A stretch of 47,938 bases of DNA from Gammaproteobacteria bacterium (GCA_030834065.1 JAURFX010000002.1:1-47938), one strand, 5' to 3'; shown: positions 19,107 to 28,274, counted from the stretch's first letter. Numbers and translations are program-made. Notes: a model not told the origin generated them from the letters alone.

Positions 19107-19135
19107 AAAAAAGCCGCTTTTTTTGCGGCTTTTTT
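19107..19135 (+). terminator. Rho-independent terminator closing the hydrolase/propeller operon
   Basis: AAAAAAGCCGC (19107-19117), 7-nt T loop, GCGGCTTTTTT (19125-19135). GC stem followed by a T-tract. The A-tract/T-tract symmetry would allow bidirectional function. Confidence 0.85.
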
Positions 19136-19163
19136 AATTTATAACACTGATAAAATATTGAGT

Positions 19164-19424
19164 ATGAAATATCTTCGCATTCTAAGTGCCGTAATTGGAT
19201 CCAGCATCATTACCATTGCGCTCATATTATTTATGAATGATCTTATTGGAGGAAATTTTATAAGATCTCCAATTCGATATTTACCTGTATTTGATGTCAT
19301 CATGCTGGGCAATCAAGATCAGGAAAGGTTACAAAGACCTCCATCTGCTGAATCAAGACCAACCAACCCACAGCTTGATTATGACCCCCTGTTTGATACC
19401 GCAGAAGATGCTCAGGTAGAATGA
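19164..19424 (+). CDS. small single-TM protein of unknown function
   Basis: Track ORF runs from TTG 19158; the ATG is at 19164. TM segment ILSAVIGSSIITIALILFM, then a Pro/acidic tail. The stop overlaps the next gene start (ATGA at 19421-19424). Confidence 0.45.
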   Translation: MKYLRILSAVIGSSIITIALILFMNDLIGGNFIRSPIRYLPVFDVIMLGNQDQERLQRPPSAESRPTNPQLDYDPLFDTAEDAQVE

Positions 19425-21781
19425 AGCCCACCTATAGTATCAAGAAGGACTTTTCGCTTGATACGATGGATATTGTCATAGCTGTATTACTAGGCGTGTG
19501 TCAGGCAGTAGTAGAAATATTCGGCTTATTAGGATTTTTAGAGAGAACTGTATGGGCAACTGGCCCTGTTGGTTTTGCAATATATGCTTTTTATAACGGT
19601 ACTACATGGATATTAATTTTTCTTGGTGCCTATTTAAGAAAACGGGCAATGGTACCTGTTTTGGCTGTTGCAGTCACTGCTTTGGTTAGATGGTTTTCTG
19701 GGGATCCTGATGGACCGATATTATTATTTTATGCTTTATTTCCAGTTTCATTTGGCGCATTAATTTTTCCATTGCTTAGATGGAGGGGTGGCTCTTTATT
19801 GTTTGTACTCTCTGTCGCTGTAACTTCAGTTGCTAATCAAGTGGCTTTATTTGTTGGTCAGGGAGGATTTCAATTAGCTGATGGAACATTTTGGGCATTG
19901 GTATCAATGGGCATAGCTTCAGTTGGAGGCACTTTGTGGGGTTTTACGACTTGGTACCTAGGAAGAGGACTTGAAGTCGCAGGTGTGAATTCACTTGATC
20001 AGCCACCATCACTAAATGTTGAAACGAGCAAAAGCAGTGAAATTAAAATTAAAGAGAAAAAAGAAGATCAGGTGATTGAGTTTAATGATTACTCTTTCTG
20101 GTTTGATAGAAAAAATAAAAAACAATCAGATGCTCAATTAAACTCGGTTAGTCTGACTATTAAGAAAAAATCAATTGTATTGTTGGTAGGTGAGAGCGGT
20201 GCTGGAAAAAGCACCTTGGCCTTAAATATTCTTGGTATCTACCCTGATTATTATGGTGGAGCCTACGAAGGGATGATTTGGATAGAAAATGATCTTGATC
20301 AACTGCAATCGAGAGACTCAATTCCAAAAGATAAAAGATTTCGAAATGTAAATATTGTCTTTCAGAATCCTGAAGATCAAACCGTATGCCTAACTGTAGA
20401 GGAAGAAGTTAGCTTTGCTTTAGAGAATTATGGCTTAGAGAAAAGCGAGATTATTATCAGGGTAAAGGATGCCCTACTATGGGTTGGCCTTTTAGGGAAA
20501 GAGGAGGTTAGCGTTAATGAGCTCTCGACTGGAGAAAAGCAAAGGTTAGTTTTGGCATCTATGGTTGCATTAAGGCCAAAGGTTCTCATTCTCGATGAAC
20601 CCACCTCTAATCTTGATCCACAAGGCAAAGATGAAATCATCAAGTTGGTGAATAGACTTCGCGATGAGCTGGATATGACCATTGTATTAATCGAGCATGA
20701 AGTCGATAAAGTCTTTCCAATCGTCGATGAAATTTTTCATATTGAACATAACAAAGTTTTAGGACCGTTTACACCAGAATCATTTCTAAGCGAGATTGGT
20801 CTTAGAGCTAGAGATGAATTAGGTTTATGGATTCCGCAGGCTAGCGAAATTTCACTCGACCTTAAAAAGAGAGGTATGGATATAGGAGATTCAATAGATG
20901 TTACTTATGAATCTTTGTTCCAAAAACTACAAGCTCAATTAAGCCAAAAGTTATCTAGGCATATAGATCAATTAGAAACTAACCAATTATCTGAAGTATT
21001 AAAATTAAGCAATGTCAACACGGGTGATTTATTCAACTCTATTAATTTGTCATTCAAATCAGGAGAGATGGTTGCCATTGCTGGAGCAAATGGTTCAGGT
21101 AAATCAATTTTAGGATCAATAATTGCTGGTATCTATCATAATTACTCAGGCGAGGTGTTCATACACGATGAAAATATTAGAAATCTGAACCTTGAGGAAA
21201 TCACAAATACAATCAGTTATATATTTCAAATACCTGAAAAGCAGTTTGTTAGGAATACAGTTTTTAATGAAATTCAGCATGGTATTCGTGACAAAAACAT
21301 AGATGAAAGTGCAATAAATAAAAAAGTAAAAGAGGTGCTTGAACTCGTAAATCTTTGGAGTAGAAGAGATGCGAGTCCTTATATTCTATCGCATGGTCAA
21401 AAAAGAAGACTATCGGTTGCATCCATGATTATCTCAAAACCAAAAGTTCTTATACTAGATGAACCAACATTTGGACAAGATTTTAGACAGGCAAAAAATT
21501 TGATGTTATTGCTGAAAGATCTTGCAGCCTCAGGAACGCTTATTATTTTTATGACAAATGATATGAAAATAGTCAGTGAATATGCAAATAGAGTGATTGT
21601 CCTCAAAGAAAAAGTCATTTTTGATGGAAATCCAAAGGTGTTTTTCAATGAGGAAAAATTATTAGAGGAGGCTCATCTAGAATCACCATGTATTGCTAGG
21701 CTAAATAACTATTTTAATTTGTCTGACTACTCAAATTATGATGTAGTCCTAGAAAGTATCATCAAGGAGATAAATGGATAA
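19421..21781 (+). CDS. ECF transporter fusion: YkoE-like S component + tandem EcfA/EcfA' ATPases (YkoD-like)
   Basis: 786 aa. The N-terminal ~190 aa has about 6 TM segments, and YLRKRAMVPVLAVAVTALVRWFSGDPDGP resembles B. subtilis YkoE as I recall it. ABC module 1: GESGAGKST, LSTGEKQR, LILDEPTSNLD. ABC module 2: GANGSGKS, LSHGQKRR, LILDEPTFGQD. Confidence 0.85.
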   Translation: MKPTYSIKKDFSLDTMDIVIAVLLGVCQAVVEIFGLLGFLERTVWATGPVGFAIYAFYNGTTWILIFLGAYLRKRAMVPVLAVAVTALVRWFSGDPDGPILLFYALFPVSFGALIFPLLRWRGGSLLFVLSVAVTSVANQVALFVGQGGFQLADGTFWALVSMGIASVGGTLWGFTTWYLGRGLEVAGVNSLDQPPSLNVETSKSSEIKIKEKKEDQVIEFNDYSFWFDRKNKKQSDAQLNSVSLTIKKKSIVLLVGESGAGKSTLALNILGIYPDYYGGAYEGMIWIENDLDQLQSRDSIPKDKRFRNVNIVFQNPEDQTVCLTVEEEVSFALENYGLEKSEIIIRVKDALLWVGLLGKEEVSVNELSTGEKQRLVLASMVALRPKVLILDEPTSNLDPQGKDEIIKLVNRLRDELDMTIVLIEHEVDKVFPIVDEIFHIEHNKVLGPFTPESFLSEIGLRARDELGLWIPQASEISLDLKKRGMDIGDSIDVTYESLFQKLQAQLSQKLSRHIDQLETNQLSEVLKLSNVNTGDLFNSINLSFKSGEMVAIAGANGSGKSILGSIIAGIYHNYSGEVFIHDENIRNLNLEEITNTISYIFQIPEKQFVRNTVFNEIQHGIRDKNIDESAINKKVKEVLELVNLWSRRDASPYILSHGQKRRLSVASMIISKPKVLILDEPTFGQDFRQAKNLMLLLKDLAASGTLIIFMTNDMKIVSEYANRVIVLKEKVIFDGNPKVFFNEEKLLEEAHLESPCIARLNNYFNLSDYSNYDVVLESIIKEING

Positions 21782-22589
21782 TTTTAAAATTACCTATCAG
21801 CAAGGCGATTCATTTATCCATCGGTTAAGTCCTTATACTAAGTTGATGATTATTTTAAGTATTTCTTTTGTTGCGATATTTAATACAAGCCTCAGTGTTG
21901 CTGTTAGTTTATTCCTTTTTGCATTTTGCTCAGCAATATTTTTAACTAATATCCCTTACAAGCTGTACTGGAATTTTGGAAAAATTATTCTACCCTTTGT
22001 TTTTATTATCTCTTCCGTGTTTCCCTTTTTTTATGGTGGTCAAGTTACTGCTGGCTCTGACTTAATTGCAATCAGTACACCGTTTAAGGATTTAACATGG
22101 TCAGCATTAGGTTTTGGTGCTTTATTAGGACTAAGATTTCTTACTTTAGCGATGGCAGGGCTTACTTTTGCATTTACCACTCATCCAAGCGATCTTGTTC
22201 AAAATTTCACTGAACGTGGTTGGAATTATAGATATGTGCATGCTCCAGTTCTAGGTTTAATACTGTTTCCAAGATTTATTAAGCTTGCATTAGAGATTTT
22301 ATTAACTCAGAAGGTTCGAAATCTTGGTTTTGAGCTTAAAGGTTTTAGAAAAAAGATACATCGATTCAGGCACCTGGTATTTGCAATGCTGGTTTTAGGT
22401 CTAAGGAATGGGCAGGTTCAAGCCATGGCGTTAGATGTCAGAGGTTATGCCTCAAACAAGAAGCGTACATTTGTAAGAAAAAGTCCAGGAAATAGATTTA
22501 CAGAAACTATTTCATTAATCATTTTACTCTTATCGATAATTTATTTAATTAGTCAATTTAATCCCCAATTCATGCAATGGAATATTTAA
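21774..22589 (+). CDS. ECF transporter T component (CbiQ/EcfT family, YkoC-like)
   Basis: 271-aa polytopic membrane protein with an ALDVRGY (Ala-Arg-Gly type) coupling motif. Overlaps the ATPase fusion by 8 nt. Confidence 0.82.
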   Translation: MDNFKITYQQGDSFIHRLSPYTKLMIILSISFVAIFNTSLSVAVSLFLFAFCSAIFLTNIPYKLYWNFGKIILPFVFIISSVFPFFYGGQVTAGSDLIAISTPFKDLTWSALGFGALLGLRFLTLAMAGLTFAFTTHPSDLVQNFTERGWNYRYVHAPVLGLILFPRFIKLALEILLTQKVRNLGFELKGFRKKIHRFRHLVFAMLVLGLRNGQVQAMALDVRGYASNKKRTFVRKSPGNRFTETISLIILLLSIIYLISQFNPQFMQWNI

Positions 22590-22593
22590 TCCA

Positions 22594-23346
22594 ATGAAAA
22601 AGAATATTATTTTTGGTCTACATAGTTGCCTATCAGTTATTGAAAATAGACCTGAAGATATAATTAATATTTATCTTGGTAATTATGTCGAGAAAGATAA
22701 AATCAAGAAAATTACAAAAGAACTGACATTACTAGGAATTAACTATAAAGAGGTAAGTAAAAAAATGCTTGATGATTTATCCAGTGATGGCAACCATCAA
22801 GGTATCGTTATTGAGAATAAATCAAAGAAATTAAAGTTACTTGAGGATTATTATTCAAATTTTAAATCCCCAAAACAGTCATTTTTAATGTTAATACTAG
22901 ATCAAATTTCTGATCCTCATAACTTAGGAGCATGCTTAAGGTCTGCGCTTGCATTTGGAGTGGATTGCGTTTTGATCACACAAAACAAATCTGCAGGAAT
23001 TTCAGATACCGTATCTAAAGTTTCTTGCGGTGCTGATCAAATACTAGATATTTATACCTGTGTAAATCTTGCAAGCGCTATCGAAAAACTAAAGTCATAC
23101 GGAATTTGGTTTTATGGTGCAGACCAAGAGGCAAGTGATTCAATATTTGATATAAAACCAGACCATCCAATGGCAGTAGTCATGGGTTCTGAGGGAAAAG
23201 GAATAAGAAGGCTCACAAGAGATAAAATGGACTTTATGGTTAAAATTCCTATGTCAAAAAAAATTGAAAGTCTTAATGTATCCGTAGCATCTGGCGTAGT
23301 CCTTAGTCATATTATGGCTAACAGGGGCAATAAAGACTTGAGCTAA
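22594..23346 (+). CDS. rlmB: SpoU/TrmH-family 23S rRNA 2'-O-methyltransferase
   Basis: 250 aa. SpoU motifs LDQISDPHNLGACLRSA, VMGSEGKGIRR and LNVSVASGV. Lies upstream of rpsF as rlmB does in E. coli. Confidence 0.8.
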   Translation: MKKNIIFGLHSCLSVIENRPEDIINIYLGNYVEKDKIKKITKELTLLGINYKEVSKKMLDDLSSDGNHQGIVIENKSKKLKLLEDYYSNFKSPKQSFLMLILDQISDPHNLGACLRSALAFGVDCVLITQNKSAGISDTVSKVSCGADQILDIYTCVNLASAIEKLKSYGIWFYGADQEASDSIFDIKPDHPMAVVMGSEGKGIRRLTRDKMDFMVKIPMSKKIESLNVSVASGVVLSHIMANRGNKDLS

Positions 23347-23424
23347 TTATTTGATTGATATATGATTCCTGCTTACTCTTTGTTTCATCATTAAGTAAGG
23401 GAAACGAAAACCATAGGGAGATAT

Positions 23425-23934
23425 ATGAGACATTACGAAATTGTATTTATTGTACATCCAGATCAAAGCGAGCAAGTTCCCGCTATGGTTGAGAAGTATA
23501 AAAAAACTATCACTGAATCTGGTGGCTTCATTCATAGGGAAGAGGACTGGGGAAGAAGGATGCTTGCACATCCTATCGAGAAGATTCATAAGGCACACTA
23601 TATTCTATTAAATGTAGAATGCTCTAAAGCACCCCTTGATGAGATCTTATCATCATTTAAATTCAATGATGCTGTACTCAGGTATTTGATCATTAAAAGA
23701 GATCATGCAATTACGCATCAATCGTTCCTTGGGAAAGAAAGAGAAGATGAATTAAGAAGAGAAAAAGAGGATGTATTGCCCTCTCAGATTAAAAAGATAG
23801 ATAATTCTAAAGATTCTATAGTCAAGAATAATATTGAATCTAATCAAGAGCCCGGGAAAGAAAAGCCTGCTGATTCTAATGATGAAATTGATCAAATAAC
23901 AGATGTTCTTTCAACACCAGAGAGTGAGGAATAA
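23425..23934 (+). CDS. rpsF: 30S ribosomal protein S6 with long charged C-terminal extension
   Basis: [18 protein letters not shown]... is the canonical S6 N-terminus. 169 aa, ending in ...ESEE. Confidence 0.95.
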   Translation: MRHYEIVFIVHPDQSEQVPAMVEKYKKTITESGGFIHREEDWGRRMLAHPIEKIHKAHYILLNVECSKAPLDEILSSFKFNDAVLRYLIIKRDHAITHQSFLGKEREDELRREKEDVLPSQIKKIDNSKDSIVKNNIESNQEPGKEKPADSNDEIDQITDVLSTPESEE

Positions 23935-23937
23935 GTA

Positions 23938-24120
23938 ATGAGCAAAGATACAACTATAGATTATAAAAATTTAGATTTTCTTAAAAAACATACAACTGAG
24001 AATGGAAAGATAATTCCATGTAGAGTGAGTGGAACTACTAATTTTGAGCAAAGAAGAATTTCTACTGAGATCAAACGAGCAAGATTTTTATCCCTTTTAC
24101 CCTATACTGATAGGCATTAA
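23938..24120 (+). CDS. rpsR: 30S ribosomal protein S18 (short form)
   Basis: 60 aa with [27 protein letters not shown]...[15 protein letters not shown]. Starts 3 nt after rpsF. Confidence 0.92.
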   Translation: MSKDTTIDYKNLDFLKKHTTENGKIIPCRVSGTTNFEQRRISTEIKRARFLSLLPYTDRH

Positions 24121-24129
24121 TCAAAAGCA

Positions 24130-25005
24130 GTGATTAATTTCTTAAAGTGGGCTTCTGGCAGTCCGTTGCGTATTATTATTATTTTGCAATTGTCCTACAT
24201 TCTATTTCCATTATTGCAATCCTCGTTTTTTGCTTTAATTTCATTAAAAAATCATACAAAACATTTACTCAATTACGCCGGCATAACCATAATACTATCA
24301 ATATTTATTGCAAGCGCTATGGGTATAAATGTCATATTTACCTTTGTATATGTTTTGTTTTCATTATGCCTTGGGTTTTTATACGGAATATTTCTAAGAA
24401 AGAATATTTCATTTATATATATATTTCAAATACTTACAATATTATCTTATATTATTATATTAATAATTAGTTTAATCTTTGATACGCCTCATAATTTTAT
24501 TGATCAAGTCCTAACACAATTACATCCAGCCCTTGAGGCAAGCAATGTTGATATATCGATAATGAGAGAAGTTATGTATGAGTATTTTTATTTAAGTATT
24601 GTATGGCTGGTATACATATATGCTTTTATAACTTTGCTTTTAAGTTATGCCTGGTGTTCTCATTTTCATGCTTTGAGGCCTCTTTATGATGAATTTATAA
24701 ATTTAAGGTTAGGACAATTTCTGGGCACGGCCTCAATAATAATCTATTCTCTTTCATTCTTTTTTGAGCTTAGTATCGTCAATCAACTTACAATGCTTTG
24801 CTTAACAGCTTTATTTTTTTCTGGATTATCCTTCTTGCACTTTTTATTTGTAAGGTTTTCAATTCCCAAGCAGGCGTTATTTTTAATTTACTTAATGTTT
24901 TTTATACCATTAACATCTAATTTTCTCTCACTTATATTAGTGATTATTGGTATCATGGATATATTTCTTAATCTCAGAAAATTTAATTTTATAGGATCAA
25001 AATGA
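24130..25005 (+). CDS. polytopic inner-membrane protein of unknown function (conserved slot between rpsR and rplI)
   Basis: 291 aa with a GTG start and about 8 hydrophobic segments. Very AT-rich and Ile/Phe/Leu-rich. A hypothetical membrane protein occupies the same position in Pseudomonas, as I recall. Overlaps rplI by 4 nt. Confidence 0.6.
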   Translation: MINFLKWASGSPLRIIIILQLSYILFPLLQSSFFALISLKNHTKHLLNYAGITIILSIFIASAMGINVIFTFVYVLFSLCLGFLYGIFLRKNISFIYIFQILTILSYIIILIISLIFDTPHNFIDQVLTQLHPALEASNVDISIMREVMYEYFYLSIVWLVYIYAFITLLLSYAWCSHFHALRPLYDEFINLRLGQFLGTASIIIYSLSFFFELSIVNQLTMLCLTALFFSGLSFLHFLFVRFSIPKQALFLIYLMFFIPLTSNFLSLILVIIGIMDIFLNLRKFNFIGSK

Positions 25006-25460
25006 ACGTTATTTTATTAGAAAAAGTAGATAATCTTGGAGAGATTGGTCAGATAGTAAAAGTCGCATCAGGCTATGGCAGAAATTTTCTCATTCCCCAA
25101 GGTAAAGCAAAAGTAGCCAATGAGGAAAACTTAAAACTATATGAAGCAAAGCGTGCGGAATTTGAGGCAAAAGCACTCGAGGATATTAACCAAGCTAAAA
25201 AAAGAGCTTTAGCTTTAGAGGGTAAAACAATATCTGTGACTAGCGCAGCTGGTCCTGAAGGAAAACTTTTCGGCTCAATTGGTCCAATAGATATCTCAGA
25301 TGCATGTACAGCTTCAGGTGTAGAGGTAAATCGATCCGAAGTTAGACTTCCTGATGGGCCCTTTAAGGCAATTGGTGAGTATGAGGTAAAAATCCATTTG
25401 CATGCAGAAGTTGATGCTACTATTCTGCTCTCGATCATTCCTGAAGCAGTCTCTGAGTAA
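25002..25460 (+). CDS. rplI: 50S ribosomal protein L9
   Basis: MNVILLEKVDNLGEIGQIVKVASGYGRNFLIPQGKA is the canonical L9 N-terminus. Confidence 0.95.
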   Translation: MNVILLEKVDNLGEIGQIVKVASGYGRNFLIPQGKAKVANEENLKLYEAKRAEFEAKALEDINQAKKRALALEGKTISVTSAAGPEGKLFGSIGPIDISDACTASGVEVNRSEVRLPDGPFKAIGEYEVKIHLHAEVDATILLSIIPEAVSE

Positions 25461-25462
25461 AA

Positions 25463-26866
25463 ATGAGCTTGCAGCCAGATAAGCTTGGAGCAAGAAGATC
25501 AAAAGATGATTTAAATCTGGAGCTACCGCCAAGTTCAATTCAAGCAGAGTTATCGGTTTTGGGGGGGCTACTAATTGATCCATCATCTTGGGATAAAATT
25601 GCTGATGAAGTAAATAGCCAGGACTTTTTTAAAAGAGAGAATAAGATTATTTTTTCTTGTATTGAAAAAATACAGGGCGAAGGGGGAACGGTTGATGCAA
25701 TTACTGTTTCAGAGCTTCTTGCCTCAAGAGATGAATTGTCAAGCATCGGCGGTATTGATTATATTACTGAGATAATTAATTCAACACCGAGCTCAGCGAA
25801 TATAAAAGCTTATGCAGAAATTATTAGAAATAAAGCTGTTCTAAGAAAGTTACTAAGTATCAGCGCAGAGATTGCAACAAGCGTTAGAAATCCAGATGGG
25901 GCTTCCACGGAAGAGCTTTTGGACGAGGCAGAAAAGAAGGTATATGAAATTTATGATAATTCGAGGGGTATTAAGCTCGGATTTAAGCAAGTAAAAGACC
26001 TTATACCCAATGTTATTGATCGTCTGGATATGTTAGCTAAGTCTGGAAAAGATATTACTGGTGTACCGACCGGATTCAATAAATTGGACGAATATACTTC
26101 TGGCCTTCAAAGAGGCGATTTAATTGTGATAGCAGGAAGACCATCCATGGGAAAAACAAGTCTTGCGGTGAATATTGCTGAAAATGCCTCTATTGGACAC
26201 AAGATACCAGTTGGAATCTTTAGTATGGAGATGTCATCAGAGCAACTATCTATGAGGATGCTCTCTTCAATCGGACGTATCAATCAGTCTAAACTTAGAA
26301 ATGGAAAACTTAGCGGTGAGGATTGGTCACGCGTGAATTCTGCGGGTACGATGCTTTCAGACGCTCCTATATGGGTCGATGATGTTGGATCACTTACTCC
26401 TATTGAACTTCGTGCTAGAGCTCGACGATTGAAGCGTGAGCATAACTTGGGATTAATTATCGTAGATTATTTACAGTTAATGAGTGTCTCAGGAACGAAA
26501 GAAAATAGGGCAACTGAGATATCCGAAATCTCAAGATCTTTAAAATCTTTGGCTAAAGAATTAGATATCCCAATCATTGCACTCTCGCAACTAAATCGAG
26601 GCATTGAGAGTAGACAAGATAAAAGACCCGTAATGAGTGATTTGAGGGAATCTGGAGCAATTGAACAAGACTCGGATCTGATATTATTTATTTATCGTGA
26701 AGAGGTATATGATCCAGAGACGCCTAAGAGAGGAATAGCCGATATCATTATTGGCAAGCAAAGAAGCGGACCTACTGGAGATTTTCTTCTTACCTTTTTG
26801 GGTGAATATACTAAATTTGAAAATTATATTCCTGATAATTACGGTGAGGGCGTACCTATTCTTTAG
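25463..26866 (+). CDS. dnaB: replicative DNA helicase DnaB
   Basis: 467 aa with PPSSIQAELSVLGGLL, Walker A GRPSMGKTS, IIVDYLQLM and LSQLNRGIESR. Confidence 0.95.
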   Translation: MSLQPDKLGARRSKDDLNLELPPSSIQAELSVLGGLLIDPSSWDKIADEVNSQDFFKRENKIIFSCIEKIQGEGGTVDAITVSELLASRDELSSIGGIDYITEIINSTPSSANIKAYAEIIRNKAVLRKLLSISAEIATSVRNPDGASTEELLDEAEKKVYEIYDNSRGIKLGFKQVKDLIPNVIDRLDMLAKSGKDITGVPTGFNKLDEYTSGLQRGDLIVIAGRPSMGKTSLAVNIAENASIGHKIPVGIFSMEMSSEQLSMRMLSSIGRINQSKLRNGKLSGEDWSRVNSAGTMLSDAPIWVDDVGSLTPIELRARARRLKREHNLGLIIVDYLQLMSVSGTKENRATEISEISRSLKSLAKELDIPIIALSQLNRGIESRQDKRPVMSDLRESGAIEQDSDLILFIYREEVYDPETPKRGIADIIIGKQRSGPTGDFLLTFLGEYTKFENYIPDNYGEGVPIL

Positions 26867-28128
26867 GTACTTTGAAGTTGCTCGATACTAACCGTCTTGA
26901 TCATATGGTCATTGCTATCCAAGATTTCAATTATATAGTTCTCAATAGCAAAATTATGACCTTTTTCTGGCATCTCGCCTAATAGTTCTAGGACTAAGCC
27001 ATTTATAGTGGTTTGTCCCTTATTAGGCATGGTCCATGCGAGCAGGCGATTAACCTTTCTTATGCTCATTCCTGCATCAACGCGATATTTGTTGTCAGAT
27101 AGCTTATGCAATTCAAGATCTGAGGACTTATCAATTTTATTGATATCACCAATAATCTCTCTTATAACATCTTCTATGGTAACAATGCCTTGAATGTCTC
27201 CGTACTCATCAACTACAAAAGCAAACCTGTGGTTATGCTCCTTAAAGTTAATAAGCTGTTTACTTAATGGGGTACCTTCTGGAATGTAAAAAGGCGCTTG
27301 AATCTTTCTTAGGAGCTGTGACTCATTAAACTCAGGATTCATAATATCTGAGAGGACATCTCGAACTCTGACCACACCGATGATTTGATCGATATCATCT
27401 CGATATAATGGCAATCTTGAGTATTTAGTTGATTTAAGTATTTTGATAGAGTCATTCCAAGGCTCATTGAGGTCCAATCCAATTATTTCCTGTCTTGGAA
27501 CCATAACATCATCTACATTGATATTTTCTAAATCAAGAATAGTAAGAAGCATTTGCTGATGATCATCAGGTACATACTCAGCTGATTCGGTCACTGCTGC
27601 CTTTAACTCAGAAGAATTCAAGGCTTGTCCCTTAAGATCATTCGAGTCAAAACCAAATAGTTTAAGGACAAGGTTTACAATAAAGCTAACGAAAAACACT
27701 AAAGGACTAAAGATTTTTAATAATGGGTAATAAATCAATGAGGCTGGTAGCGCAATCTTTGAGGGATATTTTACGGCAAAAGTTTTTGGTGTAATTTCAG
27801 CAAAAATAAGTAGCACTAAGGTAAGTATAAGTGATCCAATCACTAACGCTCCCTCTCCACCAATTCTAAGGGAAATCAACGTAACAATAGATGCGCTGGA
27901 TACATTAACAGCATTATTAATTAATAAAATAAGACCAATGAGCCGATCAGGCTTCTCTAGAAGTTTTTCTGTAAGTATTGCAGCTTTATTTCCTTTAAGC
28001 GCCTTATGCTTTAATCGATAACGATTGACAGCTAAAAGTGCAGCTTCAGAACAAGAGGTTAGTGCAGAAAGAATTAATAAAAAAAACAGTAAGCCTATAA
28101 GTAGACTTATACTCTGGTCATCGCCCAA
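26863..28128 (-). CDS. CNNM/DUF21 + CBS-pair + CorC_HlyC domain membrane protein (CorB/TlyC-like, putative divalent-cation efflux)
   Basis: 421 aa. N-terminal 4-TM DUF21 region, a CBS pair (VMVPRQEIIGLD ... FAFVVDEYGDIQGIVTIEDV) and a C-terminal transporter-associated domain. Convergent 4-nt overlap with dnaB. Confidence 0.85.
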   Translation of the reverse strand: MGDDQSISLLIGLLFFLLILSALTSCSEAALLAVNRYRLKHKALKGNKAAILTEKLLEKPDRLIGLILLINNAVNVSSASIVTLISLRIGGEGALVIGSLILTLVLLIFAEITPKTFAVKYPSKIALPASLIYYPLLKIFSPLVFFVSFIVNLVLKLFGFDSNDLKGQALNSSELKAAVTESAEYVPDDHQQMLLTILDLENINVDDVMVPRQEIIGLDLNEPWNDSIKILKSTKYSRLPLYRDDIDQIIGVVRVRDVLSDIMNPEFNESQLLRKIQAPFYIPEGTPLSKQLINFKEHNHRFAFVVDEYGDIQGIVTIEDVIREIIGDINKIDKSSDLELHKLSDNKYRVDAGMSIRKVNRLLAWTMPNKGQTTINGLVLELLGEMPEKGHNFAIENYIIEILDSNDHMIKTVSIEQLQST

Positions 28129-28274
28129 TTATGTGAGCTCCTAATCAGTTAATCAGGTTACAGTTTTAAGTTATCTGACTTTAATGTCAAGAAAATACTA
28201 TTATTAATGCGGAAATTATTTATTTTTCAAAGAATAAACAATACAATAACCACCTTACCAAATATGGAATTAAA

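Noticed and set aside
19087-19420. Looked for a TPP (THI-box) riboswitch ahead of the YkoE/YkoD-like ECF transporter.
   Set aside because: No CTGAGA...ACCTGATCTGGATAATGCCAGCG-like elements were found. The region is taken up by a terminator and a small ORF. A covariance-model scan would be needed to be definitive.
23347-23424. CTTACT...AGTAAG inverted repeat in the rpsF 5' leader. Considered as a possible S6:S18 autoregulatory structure.
   Set aside because: The stem is only 6 bp with a 16-nt loop. I cannot verify similarity to the described rpsF leader by eye. It is left unannotated.
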